Source: Paramoeba atlantica
Lineage: Eukaryota; Protista; Discosea
Reading direction: 5' to 3'
Length of the DNA stretch: 64,000 nucleotides
Assembly: GCA_977017575.1 (NCBI GenBank)
Contig: CDRNVI010000026.1
Location: 1-64,000 of the forward strand
Made by a program: the position numbers and the translations under genes. Under the pieces are notes generated by a model, which saw nothing but the letters and a program-made list of their open reading frames with translations, was not told the DNA's origin and ran no database searches. Of the stretch, positions 27,810-39,269 are shown in pieces (the stretch's first letter is position 1; the number at the start of each line of letters is the position of its first letter).

Positions 27810-30477
27810 AGCGACTTCTTTGTAGCGACTTCTTGGGGAAGTCGCAGGAAGGGAAGACCAAAATCGCCTGGGATCTTCTTCTCGGGGTTAAACGGTTCCT
27901 GTTTTTCCCTGAGGACAAGCTGTCCCAGAGGCAGTTGGCGAGGGAGCTACGGAAACGGGCTCACCTAGAGGGGTCCGAATCCATCGCTCCAAATCCCCTC
28001 CTCACCAACAGCTTCCCCCGTTCTGTTATCAAACGGGTTACCGAGCTGATCCGGGCGGGGGCTTTCTCGAGGGCGGCTAAAATTCTGGAAGCCCCCCTCG
28101 ACCCGCCGGCAAACCCGGCTACAGCGGGGGAACAGGTGAAACGCCTCCACCCTACGGGAGGTCCTTATAACACCCCCAAGTTCGTTTATGAAAAGGAATG
28201 TCATGGACCCCTCCCGTCGGCGGCAGACGTTGTCCGTAAGGCAACTAGCCTTGCGCCGCTTAGAGCGCCAGGCCCGTCCGGATGGACCAAAGAACTCCTG
28301 GTCCCCATCCTCCAGGAGGATGACCCGAGGGACGTGGTCACTTGGATCATCCAAGGGATCCTCACGAACTCCCTCCCTCCCACGATGAGGGATTTCCTCA
28401 CGGGAGCCAACCTCAAGCTCTTTAACAAGCCTGGGGCCCCTGTGGGACATCACTCCTCATACAGGCCCATTGCCATGGGGGAGGTCATCCTGAAGCTCGC
28501 GGGTCTTCTAGCCCTTGAACAGGTCAGAGACCACCTCCCTGCTGTGTTTCAGGGCCTCCAATTCGGAGCCCAATACACGCAAGGATGCGAGCACGTCGTG
28601 TATGAAGTGAGAGATCACTTCCGCGACAGACCCGATGAGGTGATCGTGGCGGTCGACCTGGAAAATGCTTTTAACAGCATTTCCCGCGCGGCCATTTTCC
28701 GAGCCTTGAAAAGGTACCCGAACCTTTCCCCTATGCTCGGGATCTCCCTTTTCGGGTACGGGACCCCTAGCAAGCTCCACCTGGGGGAGGGGATTGCCAT
28801 CCCTAGCTCCCGGGGGGTGAAACAAGGGGACCCGATGGCGCCCATCCTGTTTGCCTTAGGGATTCAGGGGGCCATCTCGGCCGTGGCGCCAAAATACTCT
28901 GGCTGCCTAAAGCTATGGGCATATCTGGATGATATAACCTTAGCCGCGGAGCCCGGGGTGTGCGTAAAGGCCCTTGGCTCCATGGAAGCGGAGATCAAGT
29001 TTTTGGGCTTAAAACTCAACTTAAAGCCTCAAGTGCATGGTGGCTACTCGGCACCCGGACTTGTACTCGGTCTTCTCGGGGAGCAGGATGCAACATGCTC
29101 CGGGGGGGTTCAAGCTTCTGGGGGCGTATATTGGCGCCACGGAAGCGTTTGAAGAGGAATGGGTCCTATCGAAGGTTCCCAAGGTCACAAACTTCTTGGG
29201 TAAGCTGAAGGACTTACCCAGGCAGTGCGCCCTTCCCCTTCTTCGCCTATGCGGGAGCCCCCGGTGGAACTACATAGTTCGTACGCATGAACCGGGGGTG
29301 ACCAAAAAGGCAAACCTTCAGGTAGACGCGGCCATCACCGCATGCTCCGAAACCTTAATCGGGGGGATGGGTGCAATAGGAACGACGCCGTTCGCAAACA
29401 AACTTTTTACGGCGGACTTCCTGGGCACCATCCCCTTCGAAGACAAGGCGGAGGACATGCAGGCCAAAGCCGTCAAGGCCTTACAAGGCCGACCCCCTGG
29501 CACCCCAGCCAGGGAGCAGCGACGCGCTTATGGGGCGGCGGCTATGGACAAGGCCCCGTCGGCCACGCATCTGGTCTGCATGCGACAGATCCAGAACACC
29601 CACTCCACCAAGTGGATGAACGCGTGGCCGAACAGGCCGGAGTACTACATGCGGGATCCCGAATGGGAGACCGCCGCTAGGCTCCGGTACATGGTGGCCC
29701 CCACCTCCGAACCTGAGATCCAATGTGTGTGTGGCGCAGCCCTCAAAAACGAGGATTTCTGTCTCCATGCCATGGATTGCAAAAAGGTTCGGGGGAAGAC
29801 ACAGGCCTCTCGTCACAAGGGGGTCAAGGAAACCTTCAGGAACCTACTGACCCAGTACGGATTCTGCCCGGACCTAGTCGAACCTAGGTTCGACAACGGC
29901 CGGGGACCGGACATCTGTTTCCTTTTGGGGCGGAAGCTCGTCCTCGTAAACGTGACGGTGGTGAACCCACTGGCACCGTCTTATGTGGACAAGGAGGCAG
30001 CAGACCCCTCCTTCACCGTGAGACAGGCCGAACGCCTCAAAAGGCGTACTCACGAAGAAATGGCGGGGGCCAGGGAGATGGATTTCTTCCCGCTGGCCTT
30101 CACCACTTACGGTGTCCCCGGCCCCGAGACCCTCCAGTTTCTTAACCTGGTCGCTCGGAAGGCCACCGGCGAGAAGAATGGTTGCCTCAGCCACCTCATC
30201 ATGGCAATCGGGGTAGCCATCCAAAAGGGGAACGCCCAGATAGCGCACGCCGCGGTACAAAATTGGTACCGACGGGGCGTGCGCTAAATGGGCCACGATG
30301 GAAAAAGGAAAAAAAAAATTTGATTGCTTGTTTTAAAATCATACACCCCCCCCAATGGACCTTCATGGTTCATGTATTGGGTACTATAGAGGCAATGCCG
30401 CGTTTCATACTTCTCCCCCCTTATTAATCGCAAAAAAAAAAGAAAAAAATTGACCAATTTTTTTGACCAAAAGGGTA

Positions 30478-31020
30478 CCGGGCGTTACTTAACTATGGAA
30501 TTTCTTAATTACGGTTAACGGTTAAAATTTCGTCGATTTTAACCTTATCGGTTAACCGTAATTAAGGAGTAACCGTAATTACGAATTTCCGTAAATAGGG
30601 GAAATGAGCTATGCATTGACCGCAACGAATTTCAACATCAATGAAACGATAACAATCAATCATCAATATCGTGCACCTTATACCCACTAGATTCGAAAGT
30701 GCGTTGTCGCTTTCTCCTAGTGGTATCCACATCATTGTTGCGTTCCCCGTAGCCAAATCCAAGCTATAATGTTTCCAAGCCCCTCGTAATGCAATTATCT
30801 GATACTATGTCGCAACATGGTAGCGCATTCCACATTGCACGAGGAATGCCAGTCGCTCTATTCCCCGCCAAGGAGGCTTTCTGCTTCCTGATATTTCAGT
30901 CACTGGGCGCATAAAAATATTTTGCTCGAAAAATAAAAATGTCACCTTTAATCTTAAATAGATTAACCGTAATTAGGTAAAAACCGTAATTAAGGGCAAC
31001 CGTAATTAAGTAACGCCCGG
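30478..31020. mobile_element. 543-bp MITE with 21-bp TIRs and TA duplication
   Basis: TA|CCGGGCGTTACTTAA(C/T)TA(T/C)GG ... CCGTAATTAAGTAACGCCCGG|TA; repeated CCGTAATTA subterminal motifs. Confidence 0.85.
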
Positions 31021-31625
31021 TACAGTAAATATGGTGTAAATTTCTAATATTTTTATTTACAGAAATCATTGAAACTTTATCACTAGCTCTCTTCATCCTT
31101 TCAATGACTGTCGATTCTCACGAGAACAAGACGCCAGACAAAGCGCACACTCGTGGATCAGCGATTTCAGGTCTTTTGGAACGCTGGTTCACGGTTGTTC
31201 CGCTAGCGCCGAGAATGGGTCCCCCGGTGGCCAGCCGTCCTCCCCCCAACACACTTGATTCTCTTCCCACCAGCACGCCTAGGACCTCTAGAGTGTGTAT
31301 GACTACGCAAGAGAAGTTGAAGGTGTTTTTTAGGGTGGAAAAAAATTTACGCTCGACCTGAAATATACTATGCCCCCCACTTATAGTGCCGTTTGGTCGA
31401 AAACTGCGGCTCTATGTGTGATCTCATAAATAAAAATAATGATAATAATAATTTTTCTGAGATTATCATTATTATTTTCATTATCATTATTTATGAACGC
31501 AATAAGGGGAGATGAGAAAAAAAATACATCTGTTTAGTAAGATAAACTTTGTCTAAAACGGAAAAAAACAAGATAAGATTTAAGAGATCACGGGCGATTT
31601 TCCTTATCTTTCTGAAGGTTTTCTA

Positions 31626-32387
31626 ATGCAACGTGTGTCTACTTTGGATGACACTTCCGATCTACGTCGAGGTAAGGTTACCTCGTTGCTAATACCCCAA
31701 GAAGATTTACTCGAACGTTTAATTTCTGATTTAAACGGAAAGGACAAGACGTGGCGTACTACAAAAAAAGGAATGTTCGGTCGGGTAAAGAGTATATCCC
31801 CATGTACTTGGAAAAACGTCATATGTAATGAAGGCGGTGAGGTCACTTCTCTTAATTGGTCCGCGATGGCTCTTTCTGGACTGCTTCAGTGGGACAATTT
31901 GCCTCGCACCCTGCTTACCTGTGATGTATCGCGGAATAGAATATCTGGGAACGTACAACTCGATCGGCTTAATCCGCCAATTACTGTCCTGGATACAGGA
32001 ATGAACTTTCTAGGTGGGGGAGTAGAGTTGACAAATTTGCCGGATAGCATCACAAGGTTATCACTAAACACTAATGTATTTGGAGGGAGTATAAATTTAT
32101 ATCATTTACCACAAGGTCTGGAGCGGCTAATGCTCCACAGGAATAGTTTCGATAATTGCCCAGATCTGTCTTGCCTGCCGAGCACGTTGCAAGTACTTAA
32201 TTTGTCCGACAATACTTTCAGTGGTGTGGTAAAATTTGATACTCTCCCTGCCGGACTAATTCTCCTGTGGTTACAGGGGAACTCGGAATTATCCGGTGAA
32301 ATCGATGAGAGCCTTCTTCCTATTCATTTGCGAGGACAAAGTATAAAGATTGAGAATACCTCCATTTACTTTAAACAGTCGTCATAG
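31626..32387 (+). CDS. Leucine-rich repeat protein (intact paralogue)
   Basis: CTWKNVIC cap followed by LPxxLxxLxLxxNxFxG repeats. Confidence 0.9.
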   Translation: MQRVSTLDDTSDLRRGKVTSLLIPQEDLLERLISDLNGKDKTWRTTKKGMFGRVKSISPCTWKNVICNEGGEVTSLNWSAMALSGLLQWDNLPRTLLTCDVSRNRISGNVQLDRLNPPITVLDTGMNFLGGGVELTNLPDSITRLSLNTNVFGGSINLYHLPQGLERLMLHRNSFDNCPDLSCLPSTLQVLNLSDNTFSGVVKFDTLPAGLILLWLQGNSELSGEIDESLLPIHLRGQSIKIENTSIYFKQSS

Positions 32388-32555
32388 CTGAGATGGTGAG
32401 GAAATGCTTTTAGTGTTCTTCGCACTTTTATTTCCGTAAGTTTTAGAGTTCTCCGTGAGTGCATTTATAATGTTTAGCCGGTTTTCAAATGTAGCTTTTC
32501 AAATATACAGCTTATGACAGTTCTGAAGGATTCCAGCGTAGATGATGTAGAGAAC

Positions 32556-32814
32556 CGTGATCCCCCCCTATCCTATCGTTGCCTCGGTACCCCGCCCACA
32601 TTAGCGTTGCTTGCTATACTGTCTCTTGCCTCGAAACGGCAATTTTCTTTTTGGACTGGTAAAAATGTGCCCTAAAAAAGCGATTTTTTTAGATCTTCCT
32701 CAATAATCCCACAACATCTTCGGCTTGCCAATTCTTGGGCCCCTGTTTTTGACCCCCCCTCCTAGCGTTGCTTTTTATCAAAACTAGACTACACTAGGAT
32801 AGGGGGGTAGTACG
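32556..32814. mobile_element. Candidate ~260-bp MITE
   Basis: Imperfect ~20-bp inverted ends CGTGATCCCCCCCTATCCTA / TAGGATAGGGGGGTAGTACG; internal TAGCGTTGCTT direct repeat. Confidence 0.5.
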
Positions 32815-32889
32815 TGTTTGATGAATTCGCATGAATTTTGCCTACTGAAATTTTAGTATACAAGACATTTATTTTAAACCACGTTACCA

Positions 32890-35424
32890 ATGACATCTTG
32901 CTCTTTGCCTGCTACTATGGATACTTTTGCTCTAGAGTGTGTCTCTTTCTGGCGTGCAGCTCTGGACCCATCTCGGGCTTCTTGTACTTGCAAGGAGGAA
33001 AAGTATCCAGATCTAAGGTTAGACCATGTTCCCCATGAAGAGGGTCATTCCATTTCTACACAGGGAAGGAGAGCCCTAAATGTTCTACTTCAATCTTTCG
33101 TGGAACACAATTTCACAGGAATTACAGAGTCAATGCGTACCTTACACTTATGTGAACGATGTTACTTCCCCGTGCATCAAGACTTTACAGAGAAAGATTT
33201 ATCGAAATTGCGCTCATGGCTTTCGCTGGATGGGGAAACTGTGTGCCCTGTGCTGTCAAAACAACATTACCTCTTTTTATTGTGGATAGGAGTCAAAAAC
33301 TTTTCCTCCGAATTAGGCCCCCATTTACGGCTGCGCATTAGCATGCTCTACCAGCGTTGCCTTAGTCATCGAAGTCACACATTGTATACAGCCATAAAGA
33401 ATGCCACCAAAGAAATTATTGAAGCCGGTAACGTTTCCATTTCCTTTTCCGAAGCAAGGGCCGAGACACTTGTGGAAGTAGCCAATGCACTGCATTACTA
33501 CGGCGACCATACTGAAATGCAAAACATTCTTTTCAAGGCAGCGAAATACAGCAATTTAGTTTTTGAGGAAGCTGTGCTGGTTGGAGTGCGAACTCGATGG
33601 CAAGAATTTCAGACGGCACAACTCGTCGTAGAGGCGACATCAAGCACAAACGTTTCACGTCCCGAAAACGGGACGTGGGATTGTGCGACCAATGTGAAGG
33701 ACCTAAATAAAGAACTGCCGTTAGAAATAGAGGGTGAGGGTGCCGGACATGATCTGTATACAAGACCCAGAAATGACACAACTTCATGTGATGGAAGTGT
33801 AGAGAACTTGTTACCGGTTCACAATGCGATACTACTCGCCTTCTGCGCTGATATTGAAAAGGAGAACCCCGTGCATGAGTTGACGACGGAAAAAATGGAT
33901 TCTTACGTACAACGGGTCCTGGCCAATCCAACACATACTTGGATTTTAAAGGCTATGTCATTACTTCTCCGCTCCCGGGGGGAAGAAAAGCGAACACGTG
34001 TTGCGCAACGGAGTTTATTGCAACTTCAGCAGCTTGCGGATGAATTTACCAGTGATCCACAAGCGGAACGTGCGAATGGATTTTTCCTTACTCAGTATCC
34101 TTCCTACCATGCTCTCCGATACGAGCTTGCAGGTCGATATTTTAGTGAAAACCTGTATAAGACTGCATTGGAGTATTTTGAACAGTTACACGCTTGGGAC
34201 AAGATAGTATTATGCTCCTTACGTCTTGAGCGACGGAACAGTGTGGAGTTGTTGGCCAGAAGGGCACTCGAAAAAGGCTGCGAATCCGTCGACATACTTG
34301 TTGCTCTAGGCATTGCCACTCACGATGAAACTTCTCTCAGCAAGGCATGGAAACAATCCAATTTTAGTCATGCTGGGGCGGCACGTGCGTTGGCGCGCCA
34401 CCATTTATCTCATAAAGATTTTGAACAAGCGATTGAATACTTCGATGAATGCATAAGATTAAACCCCAGTTTTGGTGGAGACTGGTTTGTTTTAGGATAC
34501 GCCGCCTTGCGGCTGTCCGATTGGTCTCGTGCTGCCGAAGCATTCACCCGTGTATGCCAAATGGAACCTGAAAATGGATGGGGCTGGAATAATCTTTCTA
34601 TGACGCTGATGACGATGAAGAAATTTCGTCCTGCGTATCATGCTTTGTCACAAGCTGTTAAATTTAATGAGCAGAGCTGGCAAGTATGGGAAAACTTTTT
34701 CACTGTTTCAGTGAAATTAAAGGAAACCGATTCCGCACTACGCGGCCTGCGTAAGCTTGTTGATCTTGGTGGACGTCAAGCAGAGCTTGACGATACGACG
34801 TTAAGCGATTTTGGAAACCACGTCTATGAACTGTTGTCGCGTGAGGGAGACGGTGAATTGACAATGTCAGAAGATGATTCAAATACTCATCACTGTGATG
34901 ATGTTCGGCCCGTAATTCAAGCAGACGACAAAATTCAGATGGAATGTACGAATCTAGATTCACTTCTGTGTGAATTTTCGGATGTATCTCAGGAGAAGCA
35001 CACGAATTTACACAGATATTACAACCTTCCACGGATCAATCTTTGGAAAACCAAATATGAAGATCTTTTAGAAGAAATCGTTTCCTTTCACCCGTTTAGC
35101 GAAAAGATTTGCAAAGTAGCGTCTGACTTTCACTACAAAGTAGGAAACTGGAAGAATGCTGCAGATTATAATCTGGCGCACGTTCGCGCTTGTCAGAAAG
35201 AAAATTGGCAACACGACACTAAGAAAGCATTATGTGTCCTTGACGCAGTAGATGAACTTCTGATTCTTGTCAATAAACTTAAATACCGGAAATGGGAAAA
35301 CGTTGCAGCGTTTGAAAATGTAGCAAAAAGGAGAGCTAGTGCCGTGCTCGAAACAACGAGGGTGGTACATGGAAAGTTGAGTCTCTGGGAGCAGGTAAAT
35401 ACCAGACTGAACGCCGTTACATAA
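32890..35424 (+). CDS. TTC27: Tetratricopeptide repeat protein, TTC27/EMW1-like
   Basis: LLLRSRGEEKRTRVAQRSLLQLQQL; TPRs with WFVLGYAAL, WNNL, WQVWENF. Confidence 0.78.
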   Translation: MTSCSLPATMDTFALECVSFWRAALDPSRASCTCKEEKYPDLRLDHVPHEEGHSISTQGRRALNVLLQSFVEHNFTGITESMRTLHLCERCYFPVHQDFTEKDLSKLRSWLSLDGETVCPVLSKQHYLFLLWIGVKNFSSELGPHLRLRISMLYQRCLSHRSHTLYTAIKNATKEIIEAGNVSISFSEARAETLVEVANALHYYGDHTEMQNILFKAAKYSNLVFEEAVLVGVRTRWQEFQTAQLVVEATSSTNVSRPENGTWDCATNVKDLNKELPLEIEGEGAGHDLYTRPRNDTTSCDGSVENLLPVHNAILLAFCADIEKENPVHELTTEKMDSYVQRVLANPTHTWILKAMSLLLRSRGEEKRTRVAQRSLLQLQQLADEFTSDPQAERANGFFLTQYPSYHALRYELAGRYFSENLYKTALEYFEQLHAWDKIVLCSLRLERRNSVELLARRALEKGCESVDILVALGIATHDETSLSKAWKQSNFSHAGAARALARHHLSHKDFEQAIEYFDECIRLNPSFGGDWFVLGYAALRLSDWSRAAEAFTRVCQMEPENGWGWNNLSMTLMTMKKFRPAYHALSQAVKFNEQSWQVWENFFTVSVKLKETDSALRGLRKLVDLGGRQAELDDTTLSDFGNHVYELLSREGDGELTMSEDDSNTHHCDDVRPVIQADDKIQMECTNLDSLLCEFSDVSQEKHTNLHRYYNLPRINLWKTKYEDLLEEIVSFHPFSEKICKVASDFHYKVGNWKNAADYNLAHVRACQKENWQHDTKKALCVLDAVDELLILVNKLKYRKWENVAAFENVAKRRASAVLETTRVVHGKLSLWEQVNTRLNAVT

Positions 35425-35627
35425 AGTTCGTTCGCAGTTGCAATTTAATTATAACATTAATTAATTTAATATTGAAATAACAACAATCGCGTACAAAATC
35501 TTACCCCGAAAAATAGTGCTAGAGTAGAAAAAATAACAACCCACAATAACAATGTAGCGCATAATAATATTATGTACAGAAGTCTAGAAGAAACGACTAG
35601 AAAAACTTGACTTAAACAGAATATAAT

Positions 35628-38396
35628 ATGAAAACGTTTTGGGTACATCCTGTCCAAACACTCTCAGTTGAAAGCGTCGCTTTGAAGTGGATGGAGGAGC
35701 GCCAAAGAGATGCAAGATTAAAATGGGTTTCAAAAATGCGTCCCTCTACTTGTCTTGTCTCGAACATCTTTCCACTACACGTAGTGAACAATTCTTCCTT
35801 ATTCCAGTACGATATTAATTTTCACTTGAGACCCAACATTCACACAACTGTCACGCCCGGTATCTCGCGCGCAAGGTCTAGTGTCTTGCATTATCTTCGC
35901 TCGAAAACCGGAGAAACTCCATCGTCAGGCGCTTTTATATGCGTTGCGAATAGAATTTACAGCACAGTGTCATTACCTCAAAATTGTATAAATCTTCCCG
36001 AGAAATGCTTTGATCTAAATATCTCAAAGTGCACTTTAACTATGAAGAAAAGTAAAATTTTGCTCCACGAACTTCCGATGGACGAACTGCAACAACTGTG
36101 CAATCGACTGCTCAATTGGAGTATTCAATATCACGGCAGTCGGCACGGTAACTTCAGGCTCTGTCGATCAAATGGTAAAGTAGTAGACTTATCCGATGGA
36201 TGTCTTGTTTCGGGAATTAGAATTCATCGTGGAACTCAACTGCGCACCATTTTTGTGAAGCGTTCTGGTGAAAATGAAGCCCTTTCGACCTTCTCTCCCC
36301 TTTCGCCTCCCCCTTCAACCCGAAGCCTGGCCACTTTAAACGTAAATACCAGCCGTGGCCATCCGCCAATTGTATTTCAGTGCGCCGAAGAATTGCTCAG
36401 CAAAACTTTGAGAAACAAATCTATGCGCCAATACCTTATTCGTGATGCTAGTGGTTCCATGACCCTCACAGATTGGGATTCATCTTCTAGCGGAATCTCA
36501 TTGAAGACTGGCAACGTCTACAGGGCACTGCAACTAAGAATAAAATTGGTGAACCAGAAGTATGACAGGGGAAATTTCGGATTCGAAGCGCATATTGGGA
36601 AATCAACCCGCATTTCAACTTTGTCAGATATGCAAGATGACTCAAAAATTTCGAAGGGGCACGTGTTGATTCCTGATGGAAATAAAAGCCTTTATGAGAT
36701 GGGAGTCCGCGTGGATACGCTTTGTACCGTGGCGAAAAACGAGAGCATTCTTGAAGAGATTGTTCCGATGTATGGCCTCGACATGGACAAAGGTTTGCGG
36801 GACAATTTACGCAGAGAGCTGATTGGCACACCTGTAGTGAATAGCTTAACACTTACGCATGGACAAATTATGGATGTGACGTTTGATGATGAAAATTCTA
36901 AGGAAATCCGCTTGGAGCGGGACAACATTAATCAGTTTTCTTCGCACCATGAGTATCTTCCGAACCAACCTAGAGCGGTGCTTCAAGACCTAAAAGGAGT
37001 ACCATTGCAAGTTCTTCACCGTTCCTATAATCCCAATGAGTCATGGATGGATGCTATATTACCTACATGCTCTCTTCTTCCTCCCCGTCGTCTCCCACTG
37101 TTACAACAAACGGTGCGAGCACTGCAAGAAGGATTGCAGCATTGGGGATTGCAAATAAACGAACAGCCGATAATTACGAAGGATGTGGCAGCGTTTACGG
37201 CACCTTTGGTGACAAAGAAGGCTGTTGGAGCAAAAGACCCCCGACTTAAGGGACCTCACCTTTTCATCTTAATATTGATTGGAAATATCGATGGCAAGAC
37301 ACCTGAGATTTTGTTAAACGGGCTGCCAGGGGAAGAGAGGGCCTGTTGGAAATATTCAACCTTCGACGAAGCAATAAATGCATTACAAAACTGTTCGATC
37401 TATGGTGCGTGTACTGTAGCTGGAATTCTGGCGAATAAAAATCTGCCTGAGGCGGACAAACTAAAACTCAGTGCTTTATGCTTACGACGGGGTATGATAC
37501 CAGTTCACTTTTACGGCAGGAGTCCCAGGAATAAAAATCAATGGCTTGCTGCGAAAAGGCTTGTTGTATGCACGCGTTCTAATGGCAACCCATTGTCCGG
37601 CTTCAATTTGTCTGCAGAAGTGCCCCGTATAGGCACACGGATGATTTTATTCGTTGGTATAGACGTTTGTCACACAAGAACAGGTTCCACAGGAGCCCTA
37701 GTTGGGACACTCTACAATGGTCCGCCTCTCTTGCCCATTATGTATCCATTCTTTTGGCACAGTGAACACGCACGAAACAGTGAGAGTGATGGTGTACTTA
37801 GCGCTTTTTACGAACTGGTAGAAAATGTTCAAACGATACTTTCACAATATTCACCCACACTTCCGCCTTTGTCCGAAATTATGGTAATGCAGGACGGAAG
37901 TGTGCGAAGTGAGATTGATAAACTTGAATTATACATTCCCCAGGGGGTCGAGTTTTCTTTTATTAATCTTCATAAAAGAACTGGAATCCGTTTTACCAGA
38001 GCTGTGTGCGACACCCAAGTAAACTGTATGAGTGGCCAGCTTGTGAGAAATTTGATACCCTCAAATTTGCATCACGGGAAGAGGGATCTTCCAGGCTTCT
38101 TCTTGCAAAGCCATAATTGTGCATTGTCGACAGCTAGAACGCTTTACTGTGTAGTACAACGACGTGCGCATCACTGGGACATTGAAGAACTGAATCGCTT
38201 ATGCTTCGTGCTAAGCTTCCCATTTTCGACAATGCCTTCTAAGTTGCCGTTCCCCACTAGATGTGCGCATCACTTGGCCGCGATAGCACACGAACTACAT
38301 GCCGTGGATCCGGAATTTCAATACCAGTCACTACCTTTGTGCGTTCGCCATCGAATGTGGTTTTCGGGATATAAAAAAAGTGCTTTGCCCGCTTAA
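35628..38396 (+). CDS. PIWI-tryp (PWI1)-like Argonaute with an OB-fold-like N-terminal region
   Basis: PIWI motifs FVGIDVCH, VMQDG, LHKRTGIRF, FFLQSH, LPFPTRCAHHLA; LIRDASGSMTLTDW..GNVY OB-fold-like segment; no clear PAZ. Confidence 0.85.
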   Translation: MKTFWVHPVQTLSVESVALKWMEERQRDARLKWVSKMRPSTCLVSNIFPLHVVNNSSLFQYDINFHLRPNIHTTVTPGISRARSSVLHYLRSKTGETPSSGAFICVANRIYSTVSLPQNCINLPEKCFDLNISKCTLTMKKSKILLHELPMDELQQLCNRLLNWSIQYHGSRHGNFRLCRSNGKVVDLSDGCLVSGIRIHRGTQLRTIFVKRSGENEALSTFSPLSPPPSTRSLATLNVNTSRGHPPIVFQCAEELLSKTLRNKSMRQYLIRDASGSMTLTDWDSSSSGISLKTGNVYRALQLRIKLVNQKYDRGNFGFEAHIGKSTRISTLSDMQDDSKISKGHVLIPDGNKSLYEMGVRVDTLCTVAKNESILEEIVPMYGLDMDKGLRDNLRRELIGTPVVNSLTLTHGQIMDVTFDDENSKEIRLERDNINQFSSHHEYLPNQPRAVLQDLKGVPLQVLHRSYNPNESWMDAILPTCSLLPPRRLPLLQQTVRALQEGLQHWGLQINEQPIITKDVAAFTAPLVTKKAVGAKDPRLKGPHLFILILIGNIDGKTPEILLNGLPGEERACWKYSTFDEAINALQNCSIYGACTVAGILANKNLPEADKLKLSALCLRRGMIPVHFYGRSPRNKNQWLAAKRLVVCTRSNGNPLSGFNLSAEVPRIGTRMILFVGIDVCHTRTGSTGALVGTLYNGPPLLPIMYPFFWHSEHARNSESDGVLSAFYELVENVQTILSQYSPTLPPLSEIMVMQDGSVRSEIDKLELYIPQGVEFSFINLHKRTGIRFTRAVCDTQVNCMSGQLVRNLIPSNLHHGKRDLPGFFLQSHNCALSTARTLYCVVQRRAHHWDIEELNRLCFVLSFPFSTMPSKLPFPTRCAHHLAAIAHELHAVDPEFQYQSLPLCVRHRMWFSGYKKSALPA

Positions 38397-38430
38397 TCTT
38401 AGAACAAACAATTCGTTTTTCTTTTCTGAT

Positions 38431-38501
38431 GCGTATCTTGCCTATACGTATCTTGCCTACACGCATCTTGCCTATGCGCATCCTGCCTATGCGTATCTTG
38501 C

Positions 38502-38550
<49 letters not shown>
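38431..38550. repeat. 15-bp tandem repeat x5 followed by a (TTTC)n microsatellite
   Basis: GCGTATCTTGCCTAT-like units at 38431, 38446, 38461, 38476 and 38491, then a TTTC run. Confidence 0.9.
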
Positions 38551-38552
<2 letters not shown>

Positions 38553-38738
38553 TTTTGTTTGAATTTATCTAATTCCAGCCGAAAACATATTTTAATTGCA
38601 CCGTTCATGTTCTACAAGAAAGCACACCCCATGGATTCAATTTGAGACACTACAAATTGATACACATTACTACTCTCATCTTTATTATCTCGGTACATTT
38701 ACATTTTTCCTTTTAAGAAAATTTCGTTTTTGCTTGTA

Positions 38739-38850
38739 CCGGGTATTGCTTAATTACGGAATTTCTTAATTACAGGTAACGGTTAAAATTTCGTCGATTT
38801 TAACATTAAATCGGTGTAACCGTAATTAAGAAATTCCGTAAATGGGAAAA
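38739..38850 (+). mobile_element. Left end of a diverged copy of the 30478 MITE family
   Basis: TA|CCGGGTATTGCTTAATTACGGAATTTCTTAATTAC..AACGGTTAAAATTTCGTCGATTTTAAC aligns to 30478-30600. Confidence 0.8.
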
Positions 38851-38909
38851 CGGTTATTGATTGATGGCACGCGCACCCTTATAAGTTATAACGGACCCAG
38901 AAAGGTATG

Positions 38910-39095
38910 TATAACGCATAAAGCTTGCACTCTTATAGTGCATATTGTACCCTTGATAACGCAGATTGTACCCTTGATAATGCATATAGGGCCACTGATA
39001 ATGCATATTGTATCCTTGATAACCCATAAAACTCGCACCCTTATAATGCATAATGTAACCTGATAATGCATAATGTAACCTGATAATGCATCATG
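38910..39095. repeat. Imperfect ~18-21-bp minisatellite
   Basis: TGCATATTGTACCCTTGATAA-like units repeated about 8-9 times. Confidence 0.8.
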
Positions 39096-39269
39096 TAATC
39101 GAATAAAAAAAATCTGTCTTTCTTTCACCATGTGCCAAACGGTAGAAATGTTGGGAAAATAATATACTATAAAACTGTATGGGCCTTGTTTGTATTGGAT
39201 ATTTGCATTGCGTGTGCCTTGTATTGAGAGGGTTGAAACCTGTTAAGTTTTGTCTGGTTTTTGCCAGGA

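Larger units (their letters stand above)
26377..30287 (+). pseudogene. Retrotransposon ORF2 (RT + CCHC + RLE) broken by an SL-unit insertion and a frameshift
   Basis: RPIAMGE, QFG, DLENAFNS, GVKQGDP, AYLDD; CVCG..H..C and GPD..NVTV..AE..K; insert at 27230-27809; frameshift ~29030 (LNLK to KCMV). Confidence 0.88.
24970..30318 (+). mobile_element. CRE/SLACS-clade non-LTR retrotransposon (RT plus restriction-like endonuclease), inactivated
   Basis: 5' SL-exon remnant, zinc-finger ORF1, RT-RLE ORF2, A-rich tail at 30302-30318. Confidence 0.9.

Noticed and set aside
31104-31361. 85-aa ORF between MITEs (also 41637-41939)
   Set aside because: Short, no motif, in repeat-rich spacers; cannot be supported as genes without expression data.
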